Positions 60,805 to 64,000 of a stretch of DNA of 64,000 bases are shown one piece after another (the first letter of the stretch is position 1; every line of letters starts with the position of its first letter). The DNA lies in assembly GCF_028641065.1 (NCBI RefSeq), contig NC_073393.1, forward strand, positions 36,146,001 to 36,210,000, written 5' to 3'. This DNA is from Leucoraja erinacea (taxonomy: Eukaryota). Under the pieces are notes generated by a model that had not been told where the DNA came from, made no database searches, and saw only the letters and a program-made list of their open reading frames with translations. The translations under genes and the position numbers were made by a program.

Positions 60805-61283
60805 TGTTTTAAATCTTCATTTCAACAACTGCATTTCTGACAATACCAATGCCTGTACTCGCTGGAGTTTAGAAAGATGAGGATGGACCTCATTAGAACT
60901 TACTGAAGAGTGAAAGGCTTGGATAGAGTGGATGTGGGGAGGATGTTTCCCAGACCGATGTGACCCGAGGCCTACCGACCTCCCGGAGCCTCCGGCCGAC
61001 TCAACCGACTCCCCCTGGAGGTGTCGACCTCACGACAGCAACTTTGTGCCCGACCAGGAACGGGCCCCGACCCATAGGCAGCACCCGAACTCAAGGCCTC
61101 ACAGACAGAGGGCCCAGTCTCCCAGAGCACCCAACTGCAGAACCCCGCAGCGAGTCCTGACCAGGCCAAAGACCCGTGCTCCTGGATCTTCCACTGGCCA
61201 TTGGGAGCCAGCCAGGCCAGATGGCCCACCTACATACGCACCCAATGTCCCCACCTACTGCACCTACCACAGCGGCCAACGTG

Positions 61284-61692
61284 CTTCAGCATTTCAATAC
61301 CATTATCCCGACCAAGTTCATCTCCAAACGCGTGGAACTTGGAATCAGCACTCCCCTCTGCAGACCCCAAGCAGTGAGGGTAGGGGACAAATCACGCTCA
61401 ACACTGGTGCTCCACAGGGATGTGTTCTCAGCCCCCTTCTATACTCCTTGTACACCCATGAATGTGCAGCCTTGTACAAATCCACTTCTACAGTTGTGCC
61501 GCAGAAAACATCACAGCATGGTTCAGCACGTGAACAGTTCCATCCAAAACTGCAAGTAATTGCAGAGTTGTGGACGTAGCCCAGGCCACCACGCAAACCA
61601 ACCTTCCTTCAATTGACTCCATCTACACTTCACTCTGCTTCTGCAAGGCCACCAGCATAATCAAGGACCAGTCTCATCCGCTCATTCCCTTT
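61284..61692 (+). mobile_element. Internally deleted Rex1/Babar LINE
   Basis: FNTIIPTKFISK, TLNTGAPQGCVLSPLLYSLYTHEC, KATSIIKD. Confidence 0.85.
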
Positions 61693-63029
61693 GGCCCTAA
61701 ATGTCTGCTGAGCACGATGCCAAGCTAAACTAATCTTCTCTGCCTGCACATGGTCCATACCTCTCCATTACCTCCATATCCACGTTCCTATCTAAAAGCA
61801 CCCTAAATGTCACTATTGCATCTGCCTGTACCACTAACCCGATGCAGCGCATTCCAGGCACCCACCAGCCTCTGTATTAAAAAAAAAAATCCCCTCACAA
61901 CTCCTTTAAACTTTCACCTTGACATTATTCCCCCTCGTTTTTGGCATTTCCATCCTGGAAAAGGTTTCTGATGGTTAAATTACAGCTAGCAATGCATTGT
62001 ATGAAAATCTCATTGCAAAACCAGCTACAGAAGTGTGTGCACAAACTACTACTCAATATCATGCTGTTTCTGAGAAATTTAAAAGTCTCACAAAACCAGA
62101 TCATAATCCATTGAGTATCTTTATGTGAAGGTCCACCACTTGCATTGGGTCCATGTGTGCTTTAAGTACTTAGAATTCTAGATACTAGATTCTGACCTCT
62201 CCATATAATTTCTAATGTGATATCGCAGTGAATTTATTCTTAAATTACAAAAAAGAAATGTTCTTGATATTTTACTGTTTGATTGATTTCAGATAATAAA
62301 GATGACCCTTTGAGAGGAATCTTTATCATTCAGACGTAGCACAAGCATGCGGATTGATATAGCACCCAAGTTACAAATATATCAGTCATATTAGGGCACA
62401 AATTGTGAATTCCAGCTCCTGTACAGTCTAGATTGCAAGCCTCGTCTTCCCAAGCCATTTGTCTCAATTACATTATTCAGTAATTAAATTCACAGCATCA
62501 TCTGACTCTTACATGTAAATATTTACTAATGGAGATAATGGCTAATACCTTAGAAATCCTCGATCCCAGCAAAACCCCATAAAATATATTATTCTCCCAG
62601 TTGCAATCCAAGAAGATCTTGGCACCACTATCCAATCTAACCTACTTGTGATAGCTAGGCCTGTTTAGGATTAGTGTTTTCAGCAGTTTACGTCCTCCTG
62701 TTTTTATTGCCACGCTGTTTTTCCAAGTTGCCAATCAGTGTTGAATGCTTTTACCTATCTTGCTATATTCTTCGCCTTCACCTATGGTCAGAACTATACA
62801 GAGGACCATGTGTTTGTAACATTAGGAAATATACAGCACAGAAACAAACCATTCAATCCACTGAATCAATGCCAACCATCCAGTGCTCATTAACTCTAAT
62901 CCCATTTCTTCTCCAACATTCCCTTCAACACCTCCCCCGAGTTCCACCACTCCCTTGCACACCAAGGGCAATTTAGAATAGCTACGAACCCCAAGTCTTT
63001 GGATGAGGGAGGAAAGTGCTCATAAAGCT

Positions 63030-63935
63030 CTATAGGATGGGAACAGGCCCTTTGGCCCAACTCATCCGTGCTGACCAAGTTGCCTAACCGAACAAGGCCC
63101 AAGTGCCTGCACCCAAGCCATATCCCTCCAAATCTGCCCTATCCATGTATTTGTCCAAGTGCCTTTTAAATGTTGCAATTGTACCCGCCTTGACCACTTC
63201 CTCTGGCAGATTGTTTCATGTACGCACCATCCTCTGTGTAGAAATGTGGCCCTCAGGTCCCTTTTAAATTTTTTCCTCCTTACCTTAAACATATGCCCTC
63301 TAATTTTAGACTCCCTTACCCAGGGGAGGACTATGCCCATTCAGCTATGCCCATACTCAACTATTCTCCTCATGATTTTACATCTCTCTATAAGGTCTCA
63401 ACCTCTCCTGGTCTAGGGAAAAACAAACCAGCCTATTCAGCCTCTCCTTATATCTCACACCCTTCTCACACAGTAATAGCCTCATAAATCTTTTTTTGCA
63501 CCCATTCCAGTTTAATGACCTTTCTATCGCACGGCAACCAGAACTCCCCAGAGTACTCCATGTGTGGCCTTGCCAATGTCTTGTACAGCTGTAACATGAA
63601 ATTTCAACTGCTGTACTCAATACACACAAGCCTTCAATCACCACACTGTCCATCTGTATCACCAGTTTCTTGGAAGTATGTATCTGCACCTTGAGATTCT
63701 TCCGTTCTACAAACACACCCCAGGGCTCCACTATTTACGTGTAAGCACTGCCCTGTTTTTTCTTACCAAAATGCAACACCGGGCATTTATATAATTTAAA
63801 CTGCATCTGCCATTCCTTGGCTCAGTGGCCCAGTTGATCCAATTGTAGATAACCTTCTGCACTGTTGACTATACCACCACTTTTAGTGTCGTCCACAAAG
63901 TTAACTGCCTGTGTCACCTACACTCACATACAAAT
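63030..63935 (-). mobile_element. Decayed CR1/HER1 LINE
   Basis: Minus FVDDTK, IRGHMFKVR and LYKTLARPH remnants. Confidence 0.8.
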
Positions 63936-63951
63936 ATGAATATGAACATTA

Positions 63952-64000
63952 GGGGCGGCACGGTGGCACAGTGAGTAGAGTTGCTGCCTTACAGCTCTTG
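63952..64000 (+). mobile_element. HE1-type SINE 5' end, runs off the window
   Basis: GGGGCGGCACGGTGGCACAG...GCTGCCTTACAGC. Confidence 0.75.

Noticed and set aside
1-64000. Prokaryotic system (operon, CRISPR array, defence island)
   Set aside because: No long intact ORFs and no regular repeat-spacer array; the content is vertebrate interspersed repeats
18-64000. Minus-strand excess of HE1 SINEs as a sign of host-gene orientation
   Set aside because: About 11 versus 6 copies is too few, and CR1 copies lean the other way

Overview
Eukaryotic, repeat-dominated genomic DNA with no recognisable host protein-coding gene and no rRNA, tRNA or CRISPR locus. The repeat set (HE1-type tRNA-derived V-SINEs, HER1/CR1 LINEs, Rex1/Babar LINEs, Penelope-like elements, fish-type L1, HERO, L2, Gypsy, Harbinger MITEs, Helitrons) points to a cartilaginous fish, probably a skate or ray (inference), in a long intron or intergenic region with two N gaps. 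Nearly all listed ORFs are transposon fragments or chance frames. Highlights: (1) many Penelope-like termini carry a minimal hammerhead ribozyme core and form asymmetric fold-back insertions with 13-15 bp TSDs, and one has captured a 65-bp copy of DNA lying 1.4 kb away; (2) an L1 insertion is flanked by a ~465-bp direct repeat resembling a giant TSD; (3) seven copies of a non-coding, GC-rich, structured non-autonomous retroelement group have Rex1-type tails, covarying hairpins and a U1-snRNA-like module; (4) six Harbinger-type MITEs, most sharing an internal palindrome, plus nested DNA transposons with unusual TSD lengths. Family assignments come from motif recognition by eye, not database searches. 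Boundaries of degenerate copies are approximate.
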